From positions 32,001-96,000 of the IMG/VR virus record IMGVR_UViG_3300047160_007578: a DNA stretch of 64,000 nucleotides; one strand, given 5' to 3'. The position numbers were made by a program, and so were the translations under genes. This document shows positions 39,960 to 49,238 of the stretch, in pieces (within the stretch, counting starts at the first letter, position 1; every line of letters begins with the position of its first letter). Source of the stretch: a virus. A model generated the notes under the pieces. It saw only the letters and a list, made by a program, of their open reading frames with translations, did no database searches and was not told the origin of the DNA.

Positions 39960-40478
39960 TTAATAATCGTGTTTGACCGGTGTAATAGTATCAAGATCAA
40001 GAACAACATGAAACCTATCATCAGTCCCATCATTACCAACCTGATGATTAATCCAATAAGGCATCGGTCCGTACCAATGTCCTGCGCGCATATTAATCCT
40101 TCCGTTGTGTTCGTCCCACCACCAACATTCGGGATTTGTCCAGACAGGAAGATGCCACCGTTCAACCCTGACAACTTGTTTGGGTGTGCGCTTTTGATAC
40201 GTCGTATCTTTCAGGGTATCCGTGTGAATCGGAACGGTGACGCCGGGAGGAAGATGATTAATAGTCAAATAGATCGCAGCGTCTCCCCGCATCTGTTCAA
40301 GCTCTTTGATAGCGTCGATCAGATTTGGGTAGCGAATTAAGGTTCCCATCATATCTTGAATTCGAGTACTTTGGGGCAGATACATCCTAGCCCCGGAACC
40401 ATCAAGCTGATATTCCAGTTTCGATATTTCGTCCCAAACACCTAGTGTAAAGACGTTTGATTTAACTGTTCGGAGCAT
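39960..40478 (-). CDS. aspartyl/asparaginyl beta-hydroxylase-like 2OG-Fe(II) oxygenase
   Basis: LPPG...PIHTD, RWHLPV, HQVGN....RFHVVLD. Confidence 0.75.
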   Translation of the reverse strand: MLRTVKSNVFTLGVWDEISKLEYQLDGSGARMYLPQSTRIQDMMGTLIRYPNLIDAIKELEQMRGDAAIYLTINHLPPGVTVPIHTDTLKDTTYQKRTPKQVVRVERWHLPVWTNPECWWWDEHNGRINMRAGHWYGPMPYWINHQVGNDGTDDRFHVVLDLDTITPVKHDY

Positions 40479-40513
40479 CCTTCGTCTCCCAGCCGGTTAC
40501 AATTAATAATCAA

Positions 40514-40583
40514 TGGAACTGGCTGGACTCGAACCAGCAACTCGGCGCATGCACTCCGTGTGATACCGTTTCACCACAGCCCC
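40514..40583 (-). tRNA. tRNA-like gene with atypical anticodon arm (GCA or CAT reading)
   Basis: acceptor GGGGCTG/CAGTTCC, D arm GTGA/TCAC, T arm GCTGG-TTCGAGT-CCAGC; anticodon arm CGGAG-TGCATG-CGCCG. Confidence 0.75.
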
Positions 40584-40670
40584 ACCAACTCAGGTTTTCC
40601 TTCTCCTCTTTCTGGCTCCCGCGAACTGACTAAATTCGACATGCCCAGCGGTCGCGGGCGTTTCGGGCCT

Positions 40671-40967
40671 TCATGCGAAACCGCTGAACGCGACGTGACC
40701 CGCGGTCGCCTGCGGCGGCGAAATGTCCACATCGACCGTATCGTCACCAGTAATGGCGACGCCGTTGCTGGTACCCTGCCAGCTGATGGTGGCCGTTCCT
40801 GCTCCGATCGCCGTCACCTTGCAAGTCGTGTCCCCGGTGGGGGCCAAGAGAACAATACCAGGCGTGTCGGAGAGAAACTTGCCACTACCAGGATCGATGG
40901 TTCCGTCAGGCGGAATCGGTGTAATGGTGATAGTGCCAATGTCACCGATGGTCCCGGAGGCATCCAT
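40671..40967 (-). CDS. small Ig-like beta-sandwich protein
   Basis: VTAIGAGTATI pattern of bacterial Ig-like domains. Confidence 0.55.
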   Translation of the reverse strand: MDASGTIGDIGTITITPIPPDGTIDPGSGKFLSDTPGIVLLAPTGDTTCKVTAIGAGTATISWQGTSNGVAITGDDTVDVDISPPQATAGHVAFSGFA

Positions 40968-41008
40968 TTGTTTTCCTTGTGTTGAATTGCTTTTTTAATA
41001 GACCACGA

Positions 41009-41287
41009 TTAAAGATCAAATTCTTCGATTTTAATACGCATAAACGACGCCAATTGTTCGCGATTATATTGTGGATTCAATTGCTCATATTTTCGGAGTC
41101 TTTCGCCCCATATCTTTTTATCCCTCTCTGGCTGATCCTCGCGCATATCTTCATCAAATTGTTCGGGCGTCATCTGTATTCTGCGAATTAATTCTTCCCT
41201 GGGCATCTTGAACTTATTAAGCAACTTACGAACCTGTTCCCTCCATTGGGCGGGATGGATAGGAACGTATCGAAGCGATTCGATCAT
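41009..41287 (-). CDS. small protein resembling the ParB HTH region
   Basis: PAQWREQVRKLL..MPREEL aligns by eye with PVQYAQQIARLL...MTITEL of 62656-63777. Confidence 0.45.
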   Translation of the reverse strand: MIESLRYVPIHPAQWREQVRKLLNKFKMPREELIRRIQMTPEQFDEDMREDQPERDKKIWGERLRKYEQLNPQYNREQLASFMRIKIEEFDL

Positions 41288-41577
41288 GTTGATCCCGGTT
41301 TGGGCATTCGGCCGAACTGGAGAAGTGTCGTCATATCAGAGATTTTCGTTGCCAGGCTCTTGCCGCTGGGATCATCCATAACCTGTTTCAACTTCGCGGC
41401 ATTGGCCGGATTCGCGTGCCACTCGTCGAACTTGGCCAAGTCCCACTGAAGATTCCGAAGGGCTTTTTCGACGATCTGTTGCCACGTCGGAGGCAAACTG
41501 TTGAAGGCAGCTCCCACTTTCACCCCTCCTCTTTCAATGTGGCCAACACCCTGAATTTTGATTTGTCCCAATCCCAT
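41284..41577 (-). CDS. hypothetical protein
   Basis: GAGG RBS. Confidence 0.6.
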   Translation of the reverse strand: MGLGQIKIQGVGHIERGGVKVGAAFNSLPPTWQQIVEKALRNLQWDLAKFDEWHANPANAAKLKQVMDDPSGKSLATKISDMTTLLQFGRMPKPGST

Positions 41578-41589
41578 GTTTTCCTCTGA

Positions 41590-42366
41590 TTATTCAGGTT
41601 CTTGGATCGAGTTCGCGTCGTCTATTAGCTTTTCAAATGGAAGTGTCGATCGTTGCTTGCCCTTGACTTTTGATCTGGAAAAACGACGCGAATGATTAAT
41701 GATCCCTTTATCAGTTTTCTTGTATCGGTCGTAAAGATCACCGAGCAGTTTAATAACATAGTTCGGCTTGATTTCCAATATATCAGCAACCTCATTTGGA
41801 GTATATCCTGCGGACTTCAGACGCACAATCGCTCGCTTGTATTCGCGACGCACAAGATTATCGTCAGCCTTGATACAAGTTTCGATTGTTTCCAAAATCT
41901 CCAATATACTAGATTCGTGATCTTCCAATCGAGCCTGGTAGTCACCGAGAAAATCAAGTAAAGGTGAAATGAAGTCCGGATCATGAGCCTTCTTATGCCG
42001 ATATGTGCGAGCCGGCATAAGATGCTGACTTTCGATGTAATCGATAATTGCACCTTTCATGATCGTTGAAAGGTACGGCGTGATATTGTCATCAACCAGA
42101 ACGGTTGGTGCTCGTTTAATACCCTGTGCAAGAGCTAGCATAGCTTCTTGCACAGCATCTGAAATGATATGTCTAGCTGTGAATCCGATACGACAGGCCA
42201 ACGCGATCGCTAACCGCATATGGCCAAAGAAAATCGTTTCGATATCTTTCCGCGTAGCGGTATTGTTTCTGAGTTTTTGGACGAGTTCGATCAGTTCCGT
42301 TTCCGGCAAAGGATCAGGTATAATGAACGGAGTATAGGGATTATCTACACCGCGTCCTCGTCGCAT
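41590..42366 (-). CDS. sigma70-family-like RNA polymerase sigma factor
   Basis: region 2-like HMRLAIALA..DAVQEAMLAL..GAIIDY; region 4-like GYTPNEVADILEI. Confidence 0.7.
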   Translation of the reverse strand: MRRGRGVDNPYTPFIIPDPLPETELIELVQKLRNNTATRKDIETIFFGHMRLAIALACRIGFTARHIISDAVQEAMLALAQGIKRAPTVLVDDNITPYLSTIMKGAIIDYIESQHLMPARTYRHKKAHDPDFISPLLDFLGDYQARLEDHESSILEILETIETCIKADDNLVRREYKRAIVRLKSAGYTPNEVADILEIKPNYVIKLLGDLYDRYKKTDKGIINHSRRFSRSKVKGKQRSTLPFEKLIDDANSIQEPE

Positions 42367-42378
42367 TTTACCTCCTTG

Positions 42379-42861
42379 TCACGTCGTGACATGATGGCGT
42401 GCTAGCTTTCGGAACTCTTTCTCGATCTGCTCCCATCGAACCTGTTGGCCGTCGAGACCAACATTGTTCATCAACGCCTGCATGTACTTGGAATAGTCAG
42501 CGAGCTGGTTCATAAATCGTTTCCAACCCTTTCGATTAATAATCCTTTGTATCTCCACCACTTCTGGCGTCGGATCAGTCAACGGAATTAGTTTTCTTTC
42601 TACTGGCTCTAGCTGATCTAGGTATCGCTGCACGTATCCGCTCGGACTCTCCTCTTCCTCGCCGTTATCATTGGTGTTGAAAACAGGAGTCAGAACGAAA
42701 TCTGTGAACATATCGTTCAAGACCTTGTTCACCACACTGGCATCGAAGCCGTGCGGTGACAATTGGTACGACCGATCCAAGTACACCTTGGTGAGAATCG
42801 GATCGGTGTTGACCAAACGAAGCATCGTTGCGCGAGAATACTCGATCGAGTGCGGAAGCAT
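42379..42861 (-). CDS. hypothetical protein
   Basis: 160-aa ORF. Confidence 0.65.
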   Translation of the reverse strand: MLPHSIEYSRATMLRLVNTDPILTKVYLDRSYQLSPHGFDASVVNKVLNDMFTDFVLTPVFNTNDNGEEEESPSGYVQRYLDQLEPVERKLIPLTDPTPEVVEIQRIINRKGWKRFMNQLADYSKYMQALMNNVGLDGQQVRWEQIEKEFRKLARHHVTT

Positions 42862-43117
42862 TTTAATATACCTTGCTGGTTTAATAAATTGTGTCTACGG
42901 ATCAATCACTCTTGTATCAGCCCGGACGAAATCGCCGGTTTTAGCGTCGAAGATCAACAGTGGCACTATCCTGATGCCATCTCGTTTGTCGTCCAGAACC
43001 ATTACTCGACGTAAAGGTTCGCTTCCAACCTCGCAGTAGTGGAAGTGCGGTTGTTTCGCACGGTCCAACATCTGCACAGTCTGCTCATAGTCAGTCATTG
43101 CCCCTCCTTCTAAGGAT

Positions 43118-43549
43118 TTATGGCACTGGCCAATACATTGGAATATCGTTGGGATCGTCCCAGCCAAGACCTTTTTGATACCATTCCGGATTCAACCTAA
43201 TCAGATTACTCCGGTGTGACTTGTGTAATAAATCATCACCCAACCAATCAGGCGATACTGCATCCATATATTCAGTAGTGATTATTAATCGTAGGAAGTC
43301 GCTCAAGTGATCATCCTTGACATGGCGGTTTTTGCATTCTTTGCAAATCTGGATAGCGTAACGTAACAGTGACGCACGGAAACCCCTCCACATCTTCGTG
43401 GCCGGATGGTATTTCCAGGTCGTGGTACGACCATCCAGTGTATTGATTATCGACATACAGTTGACCCGCTGCGCTTTCAATCGCGTCAGGTCCAATGAAA
43501 GTGCCGATAGCTCGAAACACGGATACGGGAGATACGTTTGGAGCGACAT
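43118..43549 (-). CDS. pyrimidine-dimer DNA glycosylase-like protein (MSMEG_6728 type)
   Basis: QTYLPY..LD..RL..QRV, HPATKMWRG, WLGD..LHKSHRSNL. Confidence 0.8.
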   Translation of the reverse strand: MSLQTYLPYPCFELSALSLDLTRLKAQRVNCMSIINTLDGRTTTWKYHPATKMWRGFRASLLRYAIQICKECKNRHVKDDHLSDFLRLIITTEYMDAVSPDWLGDDLLHKSHRSNLIRLNPEWYQKGLGWDDPNDIPMYWPVP

Positions 43550-43813
43550 TATTGTTCCTTTGATTAATGATCTATTGGCGAACTTCGCCAATTTTCTGTT
43601 TGCGGCTCCCATAACAAGAAACAATGAGGCGTTCCTTCTTGATTCAACACGCAAGCAATCTCAGAATCCTCTTTCATTGCTTGAACCAAATCAGGTGGTA
43701 TATCTGATTCCCAAGGTATAGTTCTACCTTCAAAATGGTATGGCCTACGAGTATCACCACATTCTATTTGCAACTCTCGAACATTTTCAAGTTCGCTTTT
43801 CGACATGAAATCT

Positions 43814-44299
43814 TTAGGAAGCATTTTCTTCCTCCTTTCTTCGCTTCGCCAATCGCGTCTTGATATCGCGGCGCTTGGCTTCAAAGTAGCCAGCGCTCCC
43901 ATAGATTGATCCGAAGCGTTTGGTGCAGACTTCGTTCCAGGCATCGAGCAGACTGCGAGCCATCAGAACTTTGCCACGGACCTTGATCGCAGTCAAATCG
44001 ATTCCAAGATCAATTGCAGTGGCCGCAACCAATCGCCGGCACGCTTGACGCTCTTTGTGTGGCCGAACTCGCGGTGATCGAAGTCCGGCCAATGTTTGAG
44101 CCAGCCGAATCATGTCTTCGATTTCTTCTTCATATTCCATCCGTTCCGGTTCCAGCTTCTCGTTGGCCAAGAAGCTGGCCCAAAGATCAATATCAGAAAC
44201 AACCTTGACCTTTTGAGTTTGCATCGCTTTATTAAGCTCGCGGCGTTCATCGAACACTCGCTTTAGTTCAGCCAAATCAGCTTCGGGTCCGAGTTCCAT
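43814..44299 (-). CDS. hypothetical protein
   Basis: tiles operon. Confidence 0.6.
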   Translation of the reverse strand: MELGPEADLAELKRVFDERRELNKAMQTQKVKVVSDIDLWASFLANEKLEPERMEYEEEIEDMIRLAQTLAGLRSPRVRPHKERQACRRLVAATAIDLGIDLTAIKVRGKVLMARSLLDAWNEVCTKRFGSIYGSAGYFEAKRRDIKTRLAKRRKEEENAS

Positions 44300-44541
44300 G
44301 ATTAATAATCCTTTCCGCTGGTTCAGGCGTAGGGGCCATCAGCGTGCCAGGTGGCGCCGCACAGCGTGCAACGAACGGCTTGACTTGAGGTACGTCCCTC
44401 TGGGCCGTCGTCGATCTGAAACATCACGCCGCCCCTTTGATGGCATTTACGGCACGGTTCTTCCGGTAATGAACCCCAATCACCAGTGTTGGCGTCATAC
44501 TCTTTCTTTTGTTGTTCAGGCACGATTAATAATCCTTTCGG

Positions 44542-44820
44542 TTAATTGGGCGAATCCGGTGCTTGATAAGCTCGTCCAGTGATCGGATCAATTTCAATAT
44601 CGATTTCATCTGGATCGTACTCAATATATACATCGGGATGCAACTGTAATTGCTCCATTATCATATCCTTTGGATTCTTGTCCCCTGTATATCGAATGTA
44701 TTCGTAGGTTTTATTTTGCGGAAGTTCTGGATCGAGCCACGCTCCTGTGATTTTTAATCCATTCACGAGAATGAAGCCACGAACTTCCTCGTTGAGAATG
44801 ATCGCATAAGCCTTTTCCAT
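44542..44820 (-). CDS. hypothetical protein, first gene after promoter cassette 4
   Basis: GGAGG RBS. Confidence 0.65.
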   Translation of the reverse strand: MEKAYAIILNEEVRGFILVNGLKITGAWLDPELPQNKTYEYIRYTGDKNPKDMIMEQLQLHPDVYIEYDPDEIDIEIDPITGRAYQAPDSPN

Positions 44821-44847
44821 GATTAATAATCCCTCCGATCAGCCCAG

Positions 44848-44961
44848 ATTAATCAAATCTTTCTAGCGGTCGGCGCGCAGCGCTCCGCTACTATAGTGTA
44901 ACATACTTTTTTCGTCATGTCAAGAGGAATTTTTCCCCGCCTCTGGAAAGATTTGATTAAT
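44848..44961 (-). promoter_or_regulatory. promoter cassette 4 with terminal inverted repeats
   Basis: TTGACA(44918-23)-17 bp-TACACT; overlaps the 3' end of the upstream CDS. Confidence 0.85.
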
Positions 44962-45507
44962 CTCACCCTGCCCAAAGGTTTTTAGGACAAAGAACTCTCG
45001 TATTGTGAATCGCGTAATTGGATACGTTGTGCCGTTCGGATCATAAATCATACCGCGTTCCCAAGCAACAGCATGTTCGTTACCGTTCTCAGTCGTGCCG
45101 ACCAAGACACCACGGTTTGCGATTACTAATCTTTCTAGGACTTCATTATCAACAACCGTAGAATATATTCCTTTCTTTATTTTTTCGATTGTATTCATCG
45201 CCTCCATATAATCGCTCTCAACAAGGCCAGCGGTGATCCGCATGAATTCTTCTTCCAGATCAATGATCACACTTTGTGGATTAAGTTCAAAATGAATCGC
45301 AGCCCATCCGCGGACAAACGCGAACATGATTATTTCTTGTGGGTGAAACGCTCGCCGACATTTCGGCTCTGGTAAATCTGGCCATATTATTTCCGAACCA
45401 TCGTGCCCAATGTACGTGAGTATTTCTCCCACTGGTATATTCATCGCCATAGCGAAAGCCGTGGGAAGACATGACCAGCGATTCGGTTGGATTTGACTAT
45501 TAATCAT
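44920..45507 (-). CDS. papain-like (C39-related) cysteine peptidase
   Basis: Q....SC (QPNRWSC), HAVAW, YDP. Confidence 0.65.
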   Translation of the reverse strand: MINSQIQPNRWSCLPTAFAMAMNIPVGEILTYIGHDGSEIIWPDLPEPKCRRAFHPQEIIMFAFVRGWAAIHFELNPQSVIIDLEEEFMRITAGLVESDYMEAMNTIEKIKKGIYSTVVDNEVLERLVIANRGVLVGTTENGNEHAVAWERGMIYDPNGTTYPITRFTIREFFVLKTFGQGEINQIFPEAGKNSS

Positions 45508-45533
45508 TCTGTGCCCTCATTGAATAAATCGTT

Positions 45534-45767
45534 TCAACCAGACACCGCCGGTTTCCACGGCGGCTTGGGCGGTGACGGCGGCGCGTGCGCATGACTCTGC
45601 ATGCAGTCGAACGAACAGAACATATCGTTGAACGTGACGCCATGCAACGGTCCACCGCAATTGGTGCACCTGTGCTGACCGCTCTGCGTCGAGTGCGTAT
45701 ACGCACCCGTGGACAGCTGCGGCGGTGGTGGTTTCTTCTGCTGTTTCTCAGTGAAAAATTCGTTCAT
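45534..45767 (-). CDS. FCS-type Zn-finger protein
   Basis: CTNC...FCSFDC. Confidence 0.65.
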   Translation of the reverse strand: MNEFFTEKQQKKPPPPQLSTGAYTHSTQSGQHRCTNCGGPLHGVTFNDMFCSFDCMQSHAHAPPSPPKPPWKPAVSG

Positions 45768-45782
45768 TGTTCACACCGTCTT

Positions 45783-45879
45783 TGGTTCTCGCAACATGGT
45801 GGATACGCGTAGATGGTGGTTCTCTCTACTCCTTCGGATACACCCACATAATGGTTCTCACGGCGATCAAGGCTATCCG
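45783..45879 (-). ncRNA. orphan TIGR-like array (3 units)
   Basis: TGGTTCTCGC-N7-TGGATACGC-N8-TGGTTCTCTC-N8-CGGATACAC-N8-TGGTTCTCAC. Confidence 0.75.
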
Positions 45880-46220
45880 TTCCGAATCGAACCGCCGGCG
45901 CCAGGACCACCGCCGATCATGCCGCGCGTACCGGTAATCGAATTGTCGATGACAGCGTTGGGCGTGTAATTGGTTCCGATTTTCTTTCCGGTAACTTTTT
46001 TCGAGCACTTGTCGCAGCTGCCGCCACAGGAGCAACCATCATGGTCGTCTTGGATAATCTTATGGTTGCCAGCGCAAGTGATCGAACAGAACGAATCTCC
46101 GAAAATCGGGCCGTTGATCGGACCAGAGCAATACTTGCACGTACCAGAAGCCGGCTGAATACCGGTCGGCGTTTGGATCGCGGGCGGCGGTGATTCCGGT
46201 GGACCGTAGAGGCGGTTCAT
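45873..46220 (-). CDS. FCS-type Zn-finger protein
   Basis: CKYC...FCSITC. Confidence 0.65.
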   Translation of the reverse strand: MNRLYGPPESPPPAIQTPTGIQPASGTCKYCSGPINGPIFGDSFCSITCAGNHKIIQDDHDGCSCGGSCDKCSKKVTGKKIGTNYTPNAVIDNSITGTRGMIGGGPGAGGSIRNG

Positions 46221-46253
46221 GACCTATTTCCTTTCCGAGCGATTAAAAATCTT

Positions 46254-46664
46254 TTAGCCCAGGGTCGGGCCAACGCCACCGATCGAAATGACGTGCAAAG
46301 CACCGCCGGCTGAACCAGTCGTGTCGATATCCTTGTGATTCTTTTTCTTCTTGGTGGTTGCGCCAGTGCCCTGAGCTGTGCTGTCTTGGTGCGGTGCCAA
46401 GATACCCGGAGTTGTCGCACCGGGAATGGTCGCATTGCGTTCGCTAATGCTCTGGCCACCGGGGCGAGCCTTGCCGGGCCGGCCTGAATCGGAACGATAA
46501 TGCACGAACGACTCGGGGCCTTCCGGACCAGGCGGCATCGGTGGTGCTTCGTGTTGAGCTGCGCCGAGACAATCCATTGAACAGTAGGGCTTTTCATCCT
46601 TGCCCAAATAGCGGAGCGTTGTTCCCATCGCATTGTTACAACGGGAACACGTTTGAACTGTCAT
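46254..46664 (-). CDS. FCS-type Zn-finger protein
   Basis: CSRC...YCSMDC. Confidence 0.7.
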   Translation of the reverse strand: MTVQTCSRCNNAMGTTLRYLGKDEKPYCSMDCLGAAQHEAPPMPPGPEGPESFVHYRSDSGRPGKARPGGQSISERNATIPGATTPGILAPHQDSTAQGTGATTKKKKNHKDIDTTGSAGGALHVISIGGVGPTLG

Positions 46665-46686
46665 TAACGTCCCCTTTGATTAAAAA

Positions 46687-46923
46687 TCAGTCCAAGGCAT
46701 TGGGGTAGCCTTTATTGATGAGCTTTTGGCCCGCGGTATTAGGTTCGTGATTGTCAGCAGTCATTAAATTACTTACGGAGCCTGCCAATTCCTTGGCTTC
46801 CACAATTTTATTGACGGGATGTTCCTTTTCTCCGAAACATCCCATCGAACAGTATGATTCCCCACTCTTTGCACGGTAATGCAAAGATGGCAAGTCGCCA
46901 CCGCAATGATTGCAGGTAAGCAT
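46687..46923 (-). CDS. FCS-type Zn-finger protein
   Basis: CNHC...YCSMGC. Confidence 0.7.
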   Translation of the reverse strand: MLTCNHCGGDLPSLHYRAKSGESYCSMGCFGEKEHPVNKIVEAKELAGSVSNLMTADNHEPNTAGQKLINKGYPNALD

Positions 46924-46924
46924 A

Positions 46925-47134
46925 TCAGTTGTGTCCCAACATAGATCGTAGCTCGGTATCGATTCTGACGATGACCGGAGTGAACAATAAAATCAAACCG
47001 ATGATCACCAACACGATTCCAGTGATACGGACGACCTTCGCGAGTATTCCAGGGCCGAGGGCTTTTTCGGCGAAATAGGCCATTGCCAGACCCGCAAGGA
47101 TCAGACCAAGTGCCAAACCAATGATCAGAGCCAT
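46925..47134 (-). CDS. small two-TM membrane protein
   Basis: two hydrophobic helices. Confidence 0.65.
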   Translation of the reverse strand: MALIIGLALGLILAGLAMAYFAEKALGPGILAKVVRITGIVLVIIGLILLFTPVIVRIDTELRSMLGHN

Positions 47135-47145
47135 GACTGTATCCC

Positions 47146-47424
47146 CTAAGACTGGAACTCCTCGTCTTGCTTATTGTCCCGGTCCTCAACCATCAGTTGA
47201 CCGGTCGCTCGTGCGTATTGTGACAGGTCTTGGACTTGCGTTGTTTCCGGACCGAAAATCTTGTCAGGCACTTGTCGACCAGAACCGGTCCCGAGCGGAT
47301 CAGCCTTACCGCTGCCACCGCCCTTTTCCTTCTCGCCCATGCAGGACATGGAGCAGTACGAGCCGCTGTGCCCGTGATACTCCAACGTCTGCATGGTCGT
47401 GCCGCAGTTTGCACAACCTTGCAT
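47146..47424 (-). CDS. FCS-type Zn-finger protein
   Basis: CANC...YCSMSC. Confidence 0.7.
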   Translation of the reverse strand: MQGCANCGTTMQTLEYHGHSGSYCSMSCMGEKEKGGGSGKADPLGTGSGRQVPDKIFGPETTQVQDLSQYARATGQLMVEDRDNKQDEEFQS

Positions 47425-47462
47425 GTTTGTTCCTCCGAATTGATCAGTAATCGAAATTGAGC

Positions 47463-47783
47463 TCAGTCGATGCTGTTGGGATAGCCCTGTGTCGAGTTCG
47501 GCAACAGCATCCCCGTGGGCTGCTTCGACGTGCGCGGATCGAACGTGATCATTCCCATGCCGTCGCCGTGCGGATCGTTACCCACCGGCTTGCCTGCTCC
47601 CTCAGTGCCGGCTTCCGGCGGCAATGCGATCGTTCCCGGTTTGCTGTCCTGACCACCTTCCTTAGCGTTGAGACAATCCATTGAGCAATAACTTCCTTGC
47701 TCGCCCGCGTAGCTGAGTTGAACGTGCTGCATCGACCCGGTACGGTCGATAGTCATTTCCGTCCCACAGTTAGCGCATTTCAT
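47463..47783 (-). CDS. FCS-type Zn-finger protein
   Basis: CANC...YCSMDC. Confidence 0.7.
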   Translation of the reverse strand: MKCANCGTEMTIDRTGSMQHVQLSYAGEQGSYCSMDCLNAKEGGQDSKPGTIALPPEAGTEGAGKPVGNDPHGDGMGMITFDPRTSKQPTGMLLPNSTQGYPNSID

Positions 47784-47803
47784 CAGATTTTCCTCCGAAA
47801 GAA

Positions 47804-48418
47804 TCAGTTCCCATTGGGTTTAGCTTCGAGTAAGTCTTCGTCAATCTCGATGCAGCTATCAGCAACATCGTGCAATTCTCGCGAGATATTACAAGCACAA
47901 ATCACGCATTGAGCTTGTTGCTCTTTGATATACTCCACTAGGGGAGCGAGGTCGCCATCACCAGAACCGAGAACGACGATATCAACTCTGTTGACTACTC
48001 GCACAACGTCGATTGCCAAACCAACATCCCAATCAGCCTTTTTAATATCCTTTTTCGATCGGAGGGCTTTCCTGGTAGCGTCCAGTGCTGAATTAAGACG
48101 ATTAATAATCTTTTCATCCAACTTGGCTAACTCAGGTAATTTGAGGAGTTCCTCGAAGGCTTCGATATCGATTCGGTAATTCGGGTTATCGAATGCTTTG
48201 GGGCGTTTGTATCGCGGTAGGTATCCGAAGGAGCGCAACGCGCCCAGGAATGCGTTCGCTTCGGTGCTGTCCTGCGCACCGTAAGCGTTAGCTCGCACAA
48301 GTTCATGATTCCCAAGGACGTAGTCCTTGTACCTGCGATAGTCGAGCTTCCGGTCGAACTTCTTTTTGATGCAGTAGTACAGGTTGGATACGTCGATGAA
48401 AATGCCCATCCGGGCCAT
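47804..48418 (-). CDS. NYN-domain (LabA/DUF88, PIN-fold) protein
   Basis: IFIDVSNL, KADWDVGLAID, LGSGDGDLAPL. Confidence 0.9.
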   Translation of the reverse strand: MARMGIFIDVSNLYYCIKKKFDRKLDYRRYKDYVLGNHELVRANAYGAQDSTEANAFLGALRSFGYLPRYKRPKAFDNPNYRIDIEAFEELLKLPELAKLDEKIINRLNSALDATRKALRSKKDIKKADWDVGLAIDVVRVVNRVDIVVLGSGDGDLAPLVEYIKEQQAQCVICACNISRELHDVADSCIEIDEDLLEAKPNGN

Positions 48419-48482
48419 ACGAATCCCTCCCGCGGAATTATTGCGACCAGACCGACGATAATAATCAATAACTGATTAATAA

Positions 48483-48854
48483 TCAATGGCCTCGCGTATG
48501 TGACGACTTATTAAGGAAATGGAACCAGTTCGGAGGAAGAAATAGCTTATCATATTCGTGCTGATCAGCGTAACAGAGTATCCAAATACCGACACCCTTA
48601 GATTGCATCATCGGAAATACTTGGAGTTGAGCCGGAGTAAAACTGTATTGCTCAGGATTTTTCACTTCGATCCATCGCGTACCGAAAGAAAAATGAGCGC
48701 AGTATAAATCCGGTAATCCCATCTGGAATTCATTGCCGTGTGTTGGAATCACCAACCATTCGCGATCTTCCAGAAACCGTTTAAGATCAGTCTGTATTTT
48801 GTGTTCCGGTCCGCCTTTCTTGAAACTCTTGACGGTGCCGAATCTTGCTCCCAT
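48483..48854 (-). CDS. VRR-NUC-like nuclease
   Basis: E..IQ, GLPDL, WIEVK, TPAQ. Confidence 0.8.
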   Translation of the reverse strand: MGARFGTVKSFKKGGPEHKIQTDLKRFLEDREWLVIPTHGNEFQMGLPDLYCAHFSFGTRWIEVKNPEQYSFTPAQLQVFPMMQSKGVGIWILCYADQHEYDKLFLPPNWFHFLNKSSHTRGH

Positions 48855-48856
48855 GA

Positions 48857-49222
48857 TTATCCTCCTATATCAAAATGACCGTCAGGTCCGATAGGGAATG
48901 TTGCCGGATCAATAATCCCTTTTGATGTTTTGCGCTCGAGTGCGCGCTGCTCGTGAAACAGAATCGCCAACCGAGCTTGTCGTTGCGACTCGGAAAGCGC
49001 TTTGATTACTCGGTCGTTACCTTCCCAGCGAAGACAACCGTCGCAGTGATTAGTGCGGTCGATTAGGCACTCCAACATATCAACAACGGTACGGAGAACT
49101 TCCTGCGTCTGTGTGCCTGGATGCGGAGTATCTTCGCGATTAACGAATACCAACCGAAGCGGAGAACCATCCCCGTCCAATTGATTCAACTCGTAGATGT
49201 GTCCTGGTTCGATGACTTTCAT
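48857..49222 (-). CDS. hypothetical phage protein
   Basis: tiles operon. Confidence 0.65.
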   Translation of the reverse strand: MKVIEPGHIYELNQLDGDGSPLRLVFVNREDTPHPGTQTQEVLRTVVDMLECLIDRTNHCDGCLRWEGNDRVIKALSESQRQARLAILFHEQRALERKTSKGIIDPATFPIGPDGHFDIGG

Positions 49223-49238
49223 GATTAATAATCCTTTC

